Shown here one piece after another: positions 24,520 through 32,768 of a stretch of DNA of 53,000 bases; the first letter of the stretch is position 1; the number at the start of each line of letters is the position of its first letter. The stretch comes from an uncultured Methanosarcinales archaeon. Lineage in GTDB: Archaea > Nanobdellota > Nanobdellia > Woesearchaeales > GW2011-AR9. Position numbers and translations under genes: made by a program. The stretch lies in the NCBI GenBank assembly GCA_964344755.1, contig CAYFOH010000003.1, forward strand, positions 1 through 53,000, read 5' to 3'. The notes under the pieces are model-generated. The model was not told the DNA's origin. It made no database searches and saw only the letters and a list, made by a program, of their open reading frames with translations.

Positions 24520-25965
24520 ATGAAAAAAAATTGGGACAGTTTAAATGTAAAACAGAGTTTTGAAGAGCAGTTAAAAATAGATGAATTTCCTGTGTGGTGG
24601 TTTTATAATAGAATTTTTACTAGACATGTAATGCCTTCTCCTGTAAACACGTTTAAAGATATGGAAGGGAAAATAAAGTTAAGCTATATAAAAAGAAAAA
24701 AACTGGATTTATCTTCTAAAATTCTAGAAAATTTACTTTATCTAAGGGAACAAAAGAAACTGAATTATTTTAAAGGTAAATCTCATCATAGTAAAGAAAA
24801 AAAGGTACTCTTTCTCAGTTATTCTAACTATTTAGACAAGGAAGGAAAACTATTTCGAATACAAAAAATAGTAGATAATCTCCCCAACTCCCAAATTGTT
24901 TTTGTTGACCCACTTTCTTCATTTGATTATAAGAAGCTAAAAGGCAAGAAAACCATTTATGATTATTACGACAATACGATCAAAAAAGAGAGCAAAAAAT
25001 CAGCCCAAGAATTATTTGAAAAGTGGCAGAGATATCAGGAAGAACCATTGGAAAACTGGCAATACTTAAAATATGGTTTTAGACTATTCTTCTCTAAAAA
25101 ACTGTTAGCTCTTTTAGTTACATATTACAAACTCTTTGAAAAGGCTCTTGAAAACACTAAAGTTGTTGTTATAACCGGACAAAGCAGTATTTTTGAAAAA
25201 TGTTTAATTGCTGTAGCTAGCAAGAAAAAGGTCCCCGTTTTAAGATTACAACATGGTGTTGGGGAAGAATTAGTCACCCCTGATATCTTTGATAATGTCT
25301 ACAAGTTAGTTTTTAGTGAAAAAGTTAAGAAAGATCTAGAAAAATTAGGTTATCCTTCTGAAAAAGTTAAAGTTGTTGGGCCAGTAATCTTTGACGATAT
25401 AGTCAATTATGTTAAACCCAAAAAGAAAGAGAGAAATGTTCTTATCGCAACACCTGGAACCTGGGCCAGTGGAATACTAGAAACAAAAACTTATTTCTCT
25501 AGATTAAAAAAGATAATCAACAGAATGAAAGAAGTCCATCTAATCATTAAATTACATCCACGAGAAACTAAAAATCACTGGCAAAAGTACAAAGAAGAGT
25601 TTCCTAATATTAAAATATTTGAGGGAAAAATATCTAGAAAAGAATTTTATGACTTGATCCAGTGGTCTGATGTATTTATCACATTTGGTTCTACAGCTTC
25701 CATTGAGGCGATGATTGTTAAAAGGCCCGTAGTAAATATAAACTTATTAGACGACAAATTTGTTACAGGTTGGATTGAAGAAAAAAAGATAACGATTAAT
25801 TGTCAGTATTATGAAGATGTAGGGAGGTTTGTTGAACAGGCTTTTAGTGATTATAATTCTTATTTTAAGAAGCAAGAGAACTTTTTAAAAGAAAAATGTG
25901 GGAAGTTAGATGGGAAAGCTTACCAAAGAGTTGTAGATATTGTTAAATCACTCCCTTCCACTTAG
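24520..25965 (+). CDS. GT-B-like transferase of uncertain specificity (TagF/capsule-polymerase-like or sialyltransferase-like, HP motif)
   Basis: VLIATPGTWAS (compare the TagF-family APTWR motif), IIKLHPRE (HP motif) and FITFGSTASIEAMIVKRPVV. Divergently transcribed from the nonulosonate operon. Confidence 0.4.
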   Translation: MKKNWDSLNVKQSFEEQLKIDEFPVWWFYNRIFTRHVMPSPVNTFKDMEGKIKLSYIKRKKLDLSSKILENLLYLREQKKLNYFKGKSHHSKEKKVLFLSYSNYLDKEGKLFRIQKIVDNLPNSQIVFVDPLSSFDYKKLKGKKTIYDYYDNTIKKESKKSAQELFEKWQRYQEEPLENWQYLKYGFRLFFSKKLLALLVTYYKLFEKALENTKVVVITGQSSIFEKCLIAVASKKKVPVLRLQHGVGEELVTPDIFDNVYKLVFSEKVKKDLEKLGYPSEKVKVVGPVIFDDIVNYVKPKKKERNVLIATPGTWASGILETKTYFSRLKKIINRMKEVHLIIKLHPRETKNHWQKYKEEFPNIKIFEGKISRKEFYDLIQWSDVFITFGSTASIEAMIVKRPVVNINLLDDKFVTGWIEEKKITINCQYYEDVGRFVEQAFSDYNSYFKKQENFLKEKCGKLDGKAYQRVVDIVKSLPST

Positions 25966-26277
25966 CTCCTCTTTAATTCTTTCACAAGCTAAATTGTATC
26001 TTACCGTGAAGTAAGTCCTACCAACAGCAAGTACAGATAGGCACGTGGATAAACCATAAGGGGTCAAATCAGCTAATTCTAGTTGGTTAGTGTCTACTGC
26101 TACAAAATAACCCATTGCCCCGAAGACAGTAGCAACTAAAACTGAAAAACCTGCGCCAAAAGCGTGCTCCATTTTTCTAGTTTCCAGATGCCTTAAAGAG
26201 CCTTCTAAATGCAAAGAATCACAATTCTTTATTTTTTCTACAGTTACTTCAGACAAGCCCAGATAATAATCTGTCAT
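25948..26277 (-). CDS. Small hypothetical membrane protein (109 aa, ~2 TM)
   Basis: Hydrophobic segments FGAGFSVLVATVFGAMGYFVAV and LSTCLSVLAVG. Follows the sulfotransferase-like gene on the same strand. Confidence 0.3.
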   Translation of the reverse strand: MTDYYLGLSEVTVEKIKNCDSLHLEGSLRHLETRKMEHAFGAGFSVLVATVFGAMGYFVAVDTNQLELADLTPYGLSTCLSVLAVGRTYFTVRYNLACERIKEELSGRE

Positions 26278-26300
26278 TTTTATTCTTAGAACTATTTCTT

Positions 26301-27224
26301 TTATAAGTCTTTTCGAAAATTAGTGTTCATCTTCGTCAATAACATAAATCCCCTCTCAGAGGCTAAATCTTTAATCTTACTTAATTTTTCTTCTCTAAAA
26401 GAAGCAGGATCAACTTGTGGACATTTCTCTCTAGATTTGACTTCCTCCAAAACAGGTAAGGTTTCTTTATCTAAAAATCTAGCTATTTCATTTACCTCTT
26501 TATCTGGATTAACAATTAAATCTGTTAAAGTTAAAGAATAAATTCTTTCTTTTTGCTCCATTGTTAATTTCTTAAAGGTCTTTTCTTCTTCTTTCTTCAA
26601 ATAATAAATCGACTTTATTACCCTGTCCATCTCATTAGCAGCGAGGTATTCCTCTTTCCAACTTACAGCATACCAAGGAATGTTTTCTTCAAACACTAAA
26701 CTAAACAACTTAGGATCTTCCCCCCACCTTTTTCCCCACCCCCTATTAAACCAAGAATAAACCAAATCAATTGGGTTCCTAATAATTCTAATAACTTTGG
26801 CTTCTGGAAAGGTCTCTAATAAAAAATCCATAAATTGTAAACATTCATGAGCAATAAAGGGAAAATAATTTTCTTTTACTTTTTCTAGATTTTCTGGTTC
26901 AGAACAACGTTGTAAATATTTTTCTTGATGGGGAGAATTGTAAACTGAAGACTTGTCTTCTCTACGGAAATTTAATCCTCTGCCAACAATTAAGTCATAA
27001 CAATTGTTGTCAAACTGAGTTTGTAAAAGAACTTTTCCTGTGTTTTTATCTAAAAGGTTTTGTTTAACTAAAAAAGGGATTTGTTCAACTAAGGGGTTAT
27101 AATTGATATGATCAATCTCTTTTATTGTGGATAAAAAATTAGCTAACAAAAACTTACCAGATCTTGTTAAACCCTCTACAAGAAGAATTTTCTTTGTTAA
27201 CAACACTGGACGAGATAATTTCAT
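26301..27224 (-). CDS. Sulfotransferase-like protein (divergent)
   Basis: P-loop-like 5'-PSB candidate EGLTRSGKFLL and 3'-PB-like RIIRNPIDLVYSW. 307 aa. Confidence 0.5.
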   Translation of the reverse strand: MKLSRPVLLTKKILLVEGLTRSGKFLLANFLSTIKEIDHINYNPLVEQIPFLVKQNLLDKNTGKVLLQTQFDNNCYDLIVGRGLNFRREDKSSVYNSPHQEKYLQRCSEPENLEKVKENYFPFIAHECLQFMDFLLETFPEAKVIRIIRNPIDLVYSWFNRGWGKRWGEDPKLFSLVFEENIPWYAVSWKEEYLAANEMDRVIKSIYYLKKEEEKTFKKLTMEQKERIYSLTLTDLIVNPDKEVNEIARFLDKETLPVLEEVKSREKCPQVDPASFREEKLSKIKDLASERGFMLLTKMNTNFRKDL

Positions 27225-27280
27225 AAAGGAAGATGACCGATACCAATTATTAAAGGTTATGAATTCACTATCTTTAAATA

Positions 27281-28429
27281 ATGAGAAGTGAGGATCAAAA
27301 TATGAAAATAGCTCTCCTAGTTTCTGGTATCATCCATCACAAGAAAGAATCCTTAGCTATTACAACCCTGGCTTTAGCCAAAAAATTAGCAAAAGAAAAC
27401 GATGTTTTTATAATGGCCAGAAAAAAAAATAATACACCAAAATATGAAGAAATTGATGGAGTTGCTGTTTACAGAACAAAACCTTTTGGAAATTCTTCTA
27501 TTTACAACAAACTTCTTTCTTTTCCTTGGGAATTAAGGAAATTCAAAGAAATAGATGTTTTGCACAGCTTTAGTTCTTCACCTTTATTAGTACTAAGGAG
27601 TCTGTTGGCTAATTGGCTTTTCTTTAGAAAAGCAACTGTTATTCATACCCTTAAATCTTATCCAATTAGGAATGAAGTCAATAAAAAGAGGTCACTGTTA
27701 AATTATTTTAGCGAAAAATGTTACTACCTACTTAATTTTGTTGATTATGTTACTGTCCCAACAAAAGTCCATGCCTATTTTCTGATTAAAAAAGGGGTTA
27801 AAAAGAAGAAAATAAAAATAGTTAGATCACCAGTTGAGTTAGAAAGGTTTAAGGTGAAAGATAAGGTTAAATTGAAAGAGAGATATGGTTATTCTGGAAA
27901 GAAGGTTGTTTTTAATTATGGCTCCATGTGGGAGATTAAAGGTACAGGTTACTTTGTTGAAAGTATACCGGCAATTGTTAAGATAAATCCTAATGTAAAA
28001 TTTGTTTTAGCTCCACGTAATGTTCAAGAAGCCAAAGAAAAATATTGGAACAGAATAAAGGCTTTGGGCATGGATAAGTACGTTGATTTTATTGAAAAAG
28101 ATATTATTGTAGAAGATTATGTAAATCTAGCAGACGTTGTTGTAATTCCATATCCTCATCTCGAAGGAACCGAAGGAAATCCCTCTTGCTTAATTGAAGC
28201 AATTGCATGTGGTACTTTAATTGTTACAACAAGATTGCCGGAATTAGAAGAAGTTTTTGGTGATTGCGCAATTTTAGTCGAACCTAGAAACGTGGAATCT
28301 TTAACAAAGGGGATTATTAAGGCTTTAGAAGGAGATAATTTGGATAGAGTTAAAAAAGGCTTAGAAATAAGCAGACAATTTGATCTTGATTTGGTTACAA
28401 AGCAGTTTAGGGGGTTGTATTGTAAGTGA
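27281..28429 (+). CDS. GT4-family glycosyltransferase
   Basis: EGNPSCLIEAIACGTLIVTT donor-binding region. The likely true start is the ATG at 27302 (MKIALLVSG), 22 nt downstream of the TTTAAATA at ~27273-27280. Confidence 0.8.
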   Translation: MRSEDQNMKIALLVSGIIHHKKESLAITTLALAKKLAKENDVFIMARKKNNTPKYEEIDGVAVYRTKPFGNSSIYNKLLSFPWELRKFKEIDVLHSFSSSPLLVLRSLLANWLFFRKATVIHTLKSYPIRNEVNKKRSLLNYFSEKCYYLLNFVDYVTVPTKVHAYFLIKKGVKKKKIKIVRSPVELERFKVKDKVKLKERYGYSGKKVVFNYGSMWEIKGTGYFVESIPAIVKINPNVKFVLAPRNVQEAKEKYWNRIKALGMDKYVDFIEKDIIVEDYVNLADVVVIPYPHLEGTEGNPSCLIEAIACGTLIVTTRLPELEEVFGDCAILVEPRNVESLTKGIIKALEGDNLDRVKKGLEISRQFDLDLVTKQFRGLYCK

Positions 28430-28478
28430 GAAAAGGAGATTAACCTTCTTAAGAACAAATAATAATATAAACATAATC

Positions 28479-28487
28479 TTTTTTTTT
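28479..28487 (+). terminator. Oligo-T tract (T9) in the spacer after GT4 gene 27281-28429
   Basis: Nine consecutive T about 50 nt downstream of the stop and 9 nt upstream of the next ATG. Its role is ambiguous (terminator or just an AT-rich spacer). Confidence 0.2.
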
Positions 28488-28495
28488 AATTCAAA

Positions 28496-29410
28496 ATGAG
28501 TTTACAAAAATTAGAACAAGCATTGGACTTTAGAGACAATTATGGATCAAAGGTTTCTGATGCGGCTAAATATGTTAAAGAAACGTTAGGAGATCACATT
28601 CCTGTTTTTGGTGTTGTTTTAGGTTCTGGGCTTGGTGATTTAGCTGATTCTATTGAAGAGGCGACAGTTATTCCTTATGATGAAATCCCTAATTTTCCCA
28701 CAACAACAGTCCCTGGACATGAAGGAAAAATGTTAATTGGAGAACTAGAAGGAGTTCCAGTTATTGGGTTAAAAGGAAGAAAGCATTACTACGAAGTTGC
28801 TGATGAACCATTTAATAATGGGATTTTACAAGCGGTTTTCCCAGTACATGTTCTTGCCAATCTTGGGGTTAAAAACTATTTTGTAACTAATGCGTCCGGG
28901 GGGTTAAACCAAGATTATTCCGTCGGTGATATTATGATTCTTCGTTCGCATATTAATTTTTTACCTAATGCTTTGTTAGGGAAACATCAAGATTTTTCCA
29001 GAGTTGACGGTCTTGGTCAAGTTTGGAGATTCCAACCAATGAACGGAGCATATGATCCAGAATTAACAGCAATTCTTAAACAAGCAAGTTCAGAACATGA
29101 GAATCATGTTCATGAAGGGGTCTATCTTGCTGTAACTGGCCCAACGTATGAAACAGAGGGTGAATCTATAGCTTTTAGAGAAGGGCTAAAGGCCGATGCT
29201 GTTGGCATGTCAACAACTCCCGAAGTGATTGTTGCAAGAAATAGAGGTATGAAGGCCGTTGGTATGTCCTGTATTACAAATGTTATTGCTGCTGACGGTA
29301 CAAATGCAACAAATCATGAAGAAGTAAAAGCTATTTTAGAATCCCCAGAAGTTAAAAATAGATTGTCGTCAACAGTAAGTAGATTCTTTAAGTTTTATAG
29401 GGAGAGATAG
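28496..29410 (+). CDS. punA: Purine nucleoside phosphorylase (trimeric PNP/MTAP class)
   Basis: VVLGSGLG, IPNFPTTTVPGHEGKML, GRKHYYE, GPTYETEGE and GMSTTPEVIVAR motifs. Confidence 0.9.
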   Translation: MSLQKLEQALDFRDNYGSKVSDAAKYVKETLGDHIPVFGVVLGSGLGDLADSIEEATVIPYDEIPNFPTTTVPGHEGKMLIGELEGVPVIGLKGRKHYYEVADEPFNNGILQAVFPVHVLANLGVKNYFVTNASGGLNQDYSVGDIMILRSHINFLPNALLGKHQDFSRVDGLGQVWRFQPMNGAYDPELTAILKQASSEHENHVHEGVYLAVTGPTYETEGESIAFREGLKADAVGMSTTPEVIVARNRGMKAVGMSCITNVIAADGTNATNHEEVKAILESPEVKNRLSSTVSRFFKFYRER

Positions 29411-29417
29411 GAGCCAC

Positions 29418-30668
29418 TCAGAACCAATTCTTAAGTAAATAAGTGAACACATGTTCCAAGACTTTTTCTGTATCTTTTACTTTATCGTTAGATTTAACTG
29501 CAAGATCATACTTAAACCTTCTAAAAAGGCCTAACTGCCGATCCAATTCTTCAACCGGCTCTTCCGGTCTTCTCTGATGTAATACTTGAGAATCGTTATG
29601 TAAAAAATATACCAAGGTAGGTTTAGGAAATAAAGCAAGAAGAAACCTCTTGAAAAAGAAGGGCGTGTTTTTCATTAACACAATATCTGAACAGTATCTA
29701 TCAGTAATAACAATTTTTTTTTTCATTCTTTGAGGGAAAATCTTCAGATAGTACCTAAGGAAAAGGTCTAATGTAAATATGGGAGCAGAAAAAGTGTATA
29801 ACAACTTCCGTTTCCAGTTAGCTTTCTTTACTTTGCTAATTTTGTCTTTCTTTTTCTCGGCCCTTTTGTATCTCCTTCCTAACTTCATCAAAGGCAAAAC
29901 ATTACCCCTACCTCTTCCTGTATAAATCTGAACAGTTTTACGCCCTTTTTCTTGTAAAAAAGAGTTCAAATTAGCTGTTAAAGACGTTTTGCCAGAACCA
30001 TCTGGTCCAACAATGCTAACAAGAGGGTATGGTTTAGGAAACTTCCTCTGCCAAAACCACCTTAGAGTTAAAAAGCTAAAAATAAATGTATTCCGGGGGT
30101 TTTTAAAAATAAATCCTTTAGCTATTTTCTTACAATTAATTTCCGAAAACTTGTTTTGCTTAACTTTAGAAATCAGAGACTTATCCAAAACAAGATGTTT
30201 TCTTACATAATCTTCATCTACGTTAAGACTAAGTAAAATTTTTTGGTATTTTGGTTTGAAGTAGCGTTTGCCTAATATAGAATGTGTAAGTAACATGATA
30301 AAGTAATCGTTATCTGAAGGGATGTAAAAGAAACTCTTTTTTTGCCTATTTCTAATTATGTTTTCATCCAAATACTTAAGATCGTTCCAATATACACCGC
30401 CTACTTGCACGTCAAAACTTATTTTTTGTAGGCCTATTAACTTAAAGTAAGCCTTGTGTTTTTTGGAGAATTGTTGCTTTCTCTTGTGAAACCCATAAGA
30501 AAACAGAATGCTTTCCGCTCTTCGAAGATCTTTCTTAGCAATTACGGTGTCCAAACTCTCTACAGGATAAGGCTGACCTAACAAGAACTCGTAGTTCCTT
30601 AAGATACAGTATTGGATATTTTGTTTATTAAATTCTCCCAATATTTCTTTTAAAGCAGCTATTCTCAT
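29418..30668 (-). CDS. Two-domain protein: nucleotidyltransferase-like N-domain + thymidylate-kinase-like P-loop domain; paralog of 13486-14760
   Basis: The P-loop IVGPDGSGKTS lies at almost the same residue position as in the paralog (aa 221 vs 219). Also IVITDRY, LFPKPTLVYFL, a Lys-rich insert (YKRAEKKKDKISKVKKANWKRK) plus hydrophobic helix, and the N-domain IPSDNDYFIMLLTH. Confidence 0.5.
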   Translation of the reverse strand: MRIAALKEILGEFNKQNIQYCILRNYEFLLGQPYPVESLDTVIAKKDLRRAESILFSYGFHKRKQQFSKKHKAYFKLIGLQKISFDVQVGGVYWNDLKYLDENIIRNRQKKSFFYIPSDNDYFIMLLTHSILGKRYFKPKYQKILLSLNVDEDYVRKHLVLDKSLISKVKQNKFSEINCKKIAKGFIFKNPRNTFIFSFLTLRWFWQRKFPKPYPLVSIVGPDGSGKTSLTANLNSFLQEKGRKTVQIYTGRGRGNVLPLMKLGRRYKRAEKKKDKISKVKKANWKRKLLYTFSAPIFTLDLFLRYYLKIFPQRMKKKIVITDRYCSDIVLMKNTPFFFKRFLLALFPKPTLVYFLHNDSQVLHQRRPEEPVEELDRQLGLFRRFKYDLAVKSNDKVKDTEKVLEHVFTYLLKNWF

Positions 30669-30690
30669 GTAAAAATAGGAAAAGAAGTTC

Positions 30691-30698
30691 TTAATAAA
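30691..30698 (-). promoter_or_regulatory. Putative TATA box (TTTATTAA on minus strand) ~23-30 nt upstream of start 30668
   Basis: Divergent 81-nt spacer. The same octamer occurs on the plus strand for purA. Confidence 0.35.
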
Positions 30699-30718
30699 GA
30701 TTGTTGAAGATAGAAATT

Positions 30719-30728
30719 TTTATTAAAA
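30719..30728 (+). promoter_or_regulatory. Putative TATA box (TTTATTAAAA) ~22-31 nt upstream of purA ATG 30750
   Basis: Divergent spacer 30669-30749. Confidence 0.35.
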
Positions 30729-30749
30729 GAAGTTTATCCTAGCTATACT

Positions 30750-32048
30750 ATGCGCAAAAAAGTAGCTGCAATAGGGGGCCAAGTAGGAGACGAAGGTAAA
30801 GGAAGTATTGTAGATTACCTCGTTACAGAAGCTGCTGATAGAATCTCTTATAATATTCCTATTGGAAGAAAACCTACTCTTGTTCACCGCTTTCAAGGTG
30901 GGACCAACGCAGGCCATACAGTTATTGTTGGAGACCAAGAATATAAACTACATCTAGTTCCAAGTGGGATTATTACAAAAACAGCTTACAATCTCATGGG
31001 AAAAGGGATGTTTATAGACACTAGAAAAGGTAAAAAGGAGATTGAAGGTTTGCAAAAAGCTGGAGTTGAAATTACTAAATTTAACTTGGGAATTGCTGCT
31101 AATGCTCACGTTACTTTAGATTATCATGTACAAGATGATCAAGCCGCTTTTAACCAGAAATTTCATTCCACAACAGGAAGTGGAATCAAACAAACTGCCG
31201 TTGATAAATATGGAAGAGTAGGAATTAGATTTGTTGAATTTCTTGATGCTAAATTAATGGAAGAGATTCTTAGGGAAAAACGTTTCCCAGAAGGTTTACC
31301 AGAAGGTTACGGATCTTTCGAGGAGTTTGTTGCTAGCTATGATGAAGAAAGAGAATTTTTGAAAGAATTTTTGGTTTTAGAACAGGATGCTATTGCTTCC
31401 CATGGTGAAGATTTCTGGATTTTTGAAGGAGCCCAAGGTTTTTTCTTAGGGACAGAGGACGGCCTTTATCCAGGAGTTAGCAGCTCCAATCCTACACAAG
31501 TACCTTATCGACCAGATCTAATTTTGTCTGTAATGAAACTTTATAATAGTAGCGTAGGGTGGAGAGACCGATCATTTGTTTCCCATATTAAAGAAGAAGA
31601 AATAGAAGATCAATTAGTTGAATTATGGGGGGAAAAAGGAACTACAACAGGAAAGAAAAGAAGTCTTGGATGGTTTGATGCTGTAGCAGCTAAATATTCT
31701 GCTGATGTTTCTCAAACCGATTATCTTGTTGGTACATGTGGGGACCGATTAGCTGACTTAAAAAAATTAGGAGAAAAACCCAAAATCGTCGTTGGTTACA
31801 AAATAAAAGATAAAGTTTACAATGAATGGAACGCCTTATTTGAAAGAAGAGACACTTTAAGGGATGCAGAACCTGTCTTAAAAGAATTTGAGGCTTGGGA
31901 ACAGTTTACTGAAGAGGGACAATTGACTGCTAATGCACAAAGATATGTTGATTTTATCCAAGAATTTGTGGGAAAAGAATTTGCTTTAATGAGTACTGGC
32001 CCAAAACGAACAGATATGTTAGTATACAAACACCCACTAGACCGCTAA
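30750..32048 (+). CDS. purA: Adenylosuccinate synthetase (divergent)
   Basis: GGQVGDEGKGS P-loop, GGTNAGHTV, GAQGFFLG...YPGVSSSN and TTGKKRSLGWFD. Several canonical positions are substituted (see findings). Confidence 0.85.
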   Translation: MRKKVAAIGGQVGDEGKGSIVDYLVTEAADRISYNIPIGRKPTLVHRFQGGTNAGHTVIVGDQEYKLHLVPSGIITKTAYNLMGKGMFIDTRKGKKEIEGLQKAGVEITKFNLGIAANAHVTLDYHVQDDQAAFNQKFHSTTGSGIKQTAVDKYGRVGIRFVEFLDAKLMEEILREKRFPEGLPEGYGSFEEFVASYDEEREFLKEFLVLEQDAIASHGEDFWIFEGAQGFFLGTEDGLYPGVSSSNPTQVPYRPDLILSVMKLYNSSVGWRDRSFVSHIKEEEIEDQLVELWGEKGTTTGKKRSLGWFDAVAAKYSADVSQTDYLVGTCGDRLADLKKLGEKPKIVVGYKIKDKVYNEWNALFERRDTLRDAEPVLKEFEAWEQFTEEGQLTANAQRYVDFIQEFVGKEFALMSTGPKRTDMLVYKHPLDR

Positions 32049-32099
32049 AGCATTTTTTATTAGTAATCTTTTTAAACCTTCATTACCTCCCGCTAGTTA

Positions 32100-32390
32100 A
32101 TGACATCTCGGGAAAATGAATTGAAGAACATTCGACCAAAATTAGTTAAAATTCTTAAAAAAAACGGAATAAAAAAAGCAGGTATATTTGGTTCTTTCGC
32201 TAGAGGGGAACAAAGAAAGAGAAGTGATGTTGATATCCTTATAGATTCAAATGCAAGTTTGCTTAAGTTGGTTAAATTAGAACAAGAACTAGCAAAGGCT
32301 TTGAATAAAAAAATTGATCTGTTAACATACGAAGGCCTACATCCTTTGCTTAAGGAAAAAATTCTGAATGAGGAAATAAGAATTCTATGA
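32100..32390 (+). CDS. mntA: MNT-type nucleotidyltransferase antitoxin (MntA-like)
   Basis: GIFGSFARGEQRKRSDVDILI (GSxxRG...DxD minimal nucleotidyltransferase motif). 96 aa, 4-nt overlap with the downstream HEPN gene. Confidence 0.85.
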   Translation: MTSRENELKNIRPKLVKILKKNGIKKAGIFGSFARGEQRKRSDVDILIDSNASLLKLVKLEQELAKALNKKIDLLTYEGLHPLLKEKILNEEIRIL

Positions 32391-32731
32391 AAAAGGACCC
32401 TTTTGTTTTCATTAAGCATATTTTAGAGAGTATTGGTCACATAGAATCTTTCGTCAAAGGAATTTCAAAAAGAGATTTTCTTAAAAATGTAGAAAAACAA
32501 AGCGCAGTAATTAGACAAATTGAAATTATTGGAGAAGCAGCTAAAAATCTACCGAGTAATTTCAAAAGAAAAGAACAACAGATCCCATGGAAAGAGATTG
32601 CAGGTATGAGAGACAAACTAATACACCATTATTTTGGGGTTAACCTTAATAGTGTTTGGAAGGTTGTTAAAGAAGACCTGCCTATTCTTAAAAAAGAAAT
32701 TATTAAAATTAAGGCAATTGGCCTACAGTAA
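32387..32731 (+). CDS. hepT: HEPN/DUF86 toxin (HepT-like RNase)
   Basis: RDKLIHHY = the Rx4HxY HEPN motif (nt 32609-32632). 114 aa. Confidence 0.85.
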   Translation: MKKDPFVFIKHILESIGHIESFVKGISKRDFLKNVEKQSAVIRQIEIIGEAAKNLPSNFKRKEQQIPWKEIAGMRDKLIHHYFGVNLNSVWKVVKEDLPILKKEIIKIKAIGLQ

Positions 32732-32768
32732 CAAAAAGCTTAAATAATTATTAAAGGCTGAAATCAGG

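Noticed and set aside
28156-28458. 100-aa minus-strand ORF over the 3' end of the GT4 gene
   Set aside because: Shadow ORF antisense to the conserved donor-binding region of the GT4.
30723-30938. 71-aa minus-strand ORF over the purA start
   Set aside because: Antisense to the PurA P-loop coding region. No motif.
32093-32419. 108-aa minus-strand ORF covering the MNT antitoxin gene
   Set aside because: The plus-strand reading gives a textbook GSxxRG...DxD nucleotidyltransferase coupled to a HEPN gene. The minus-strand product is featureless.
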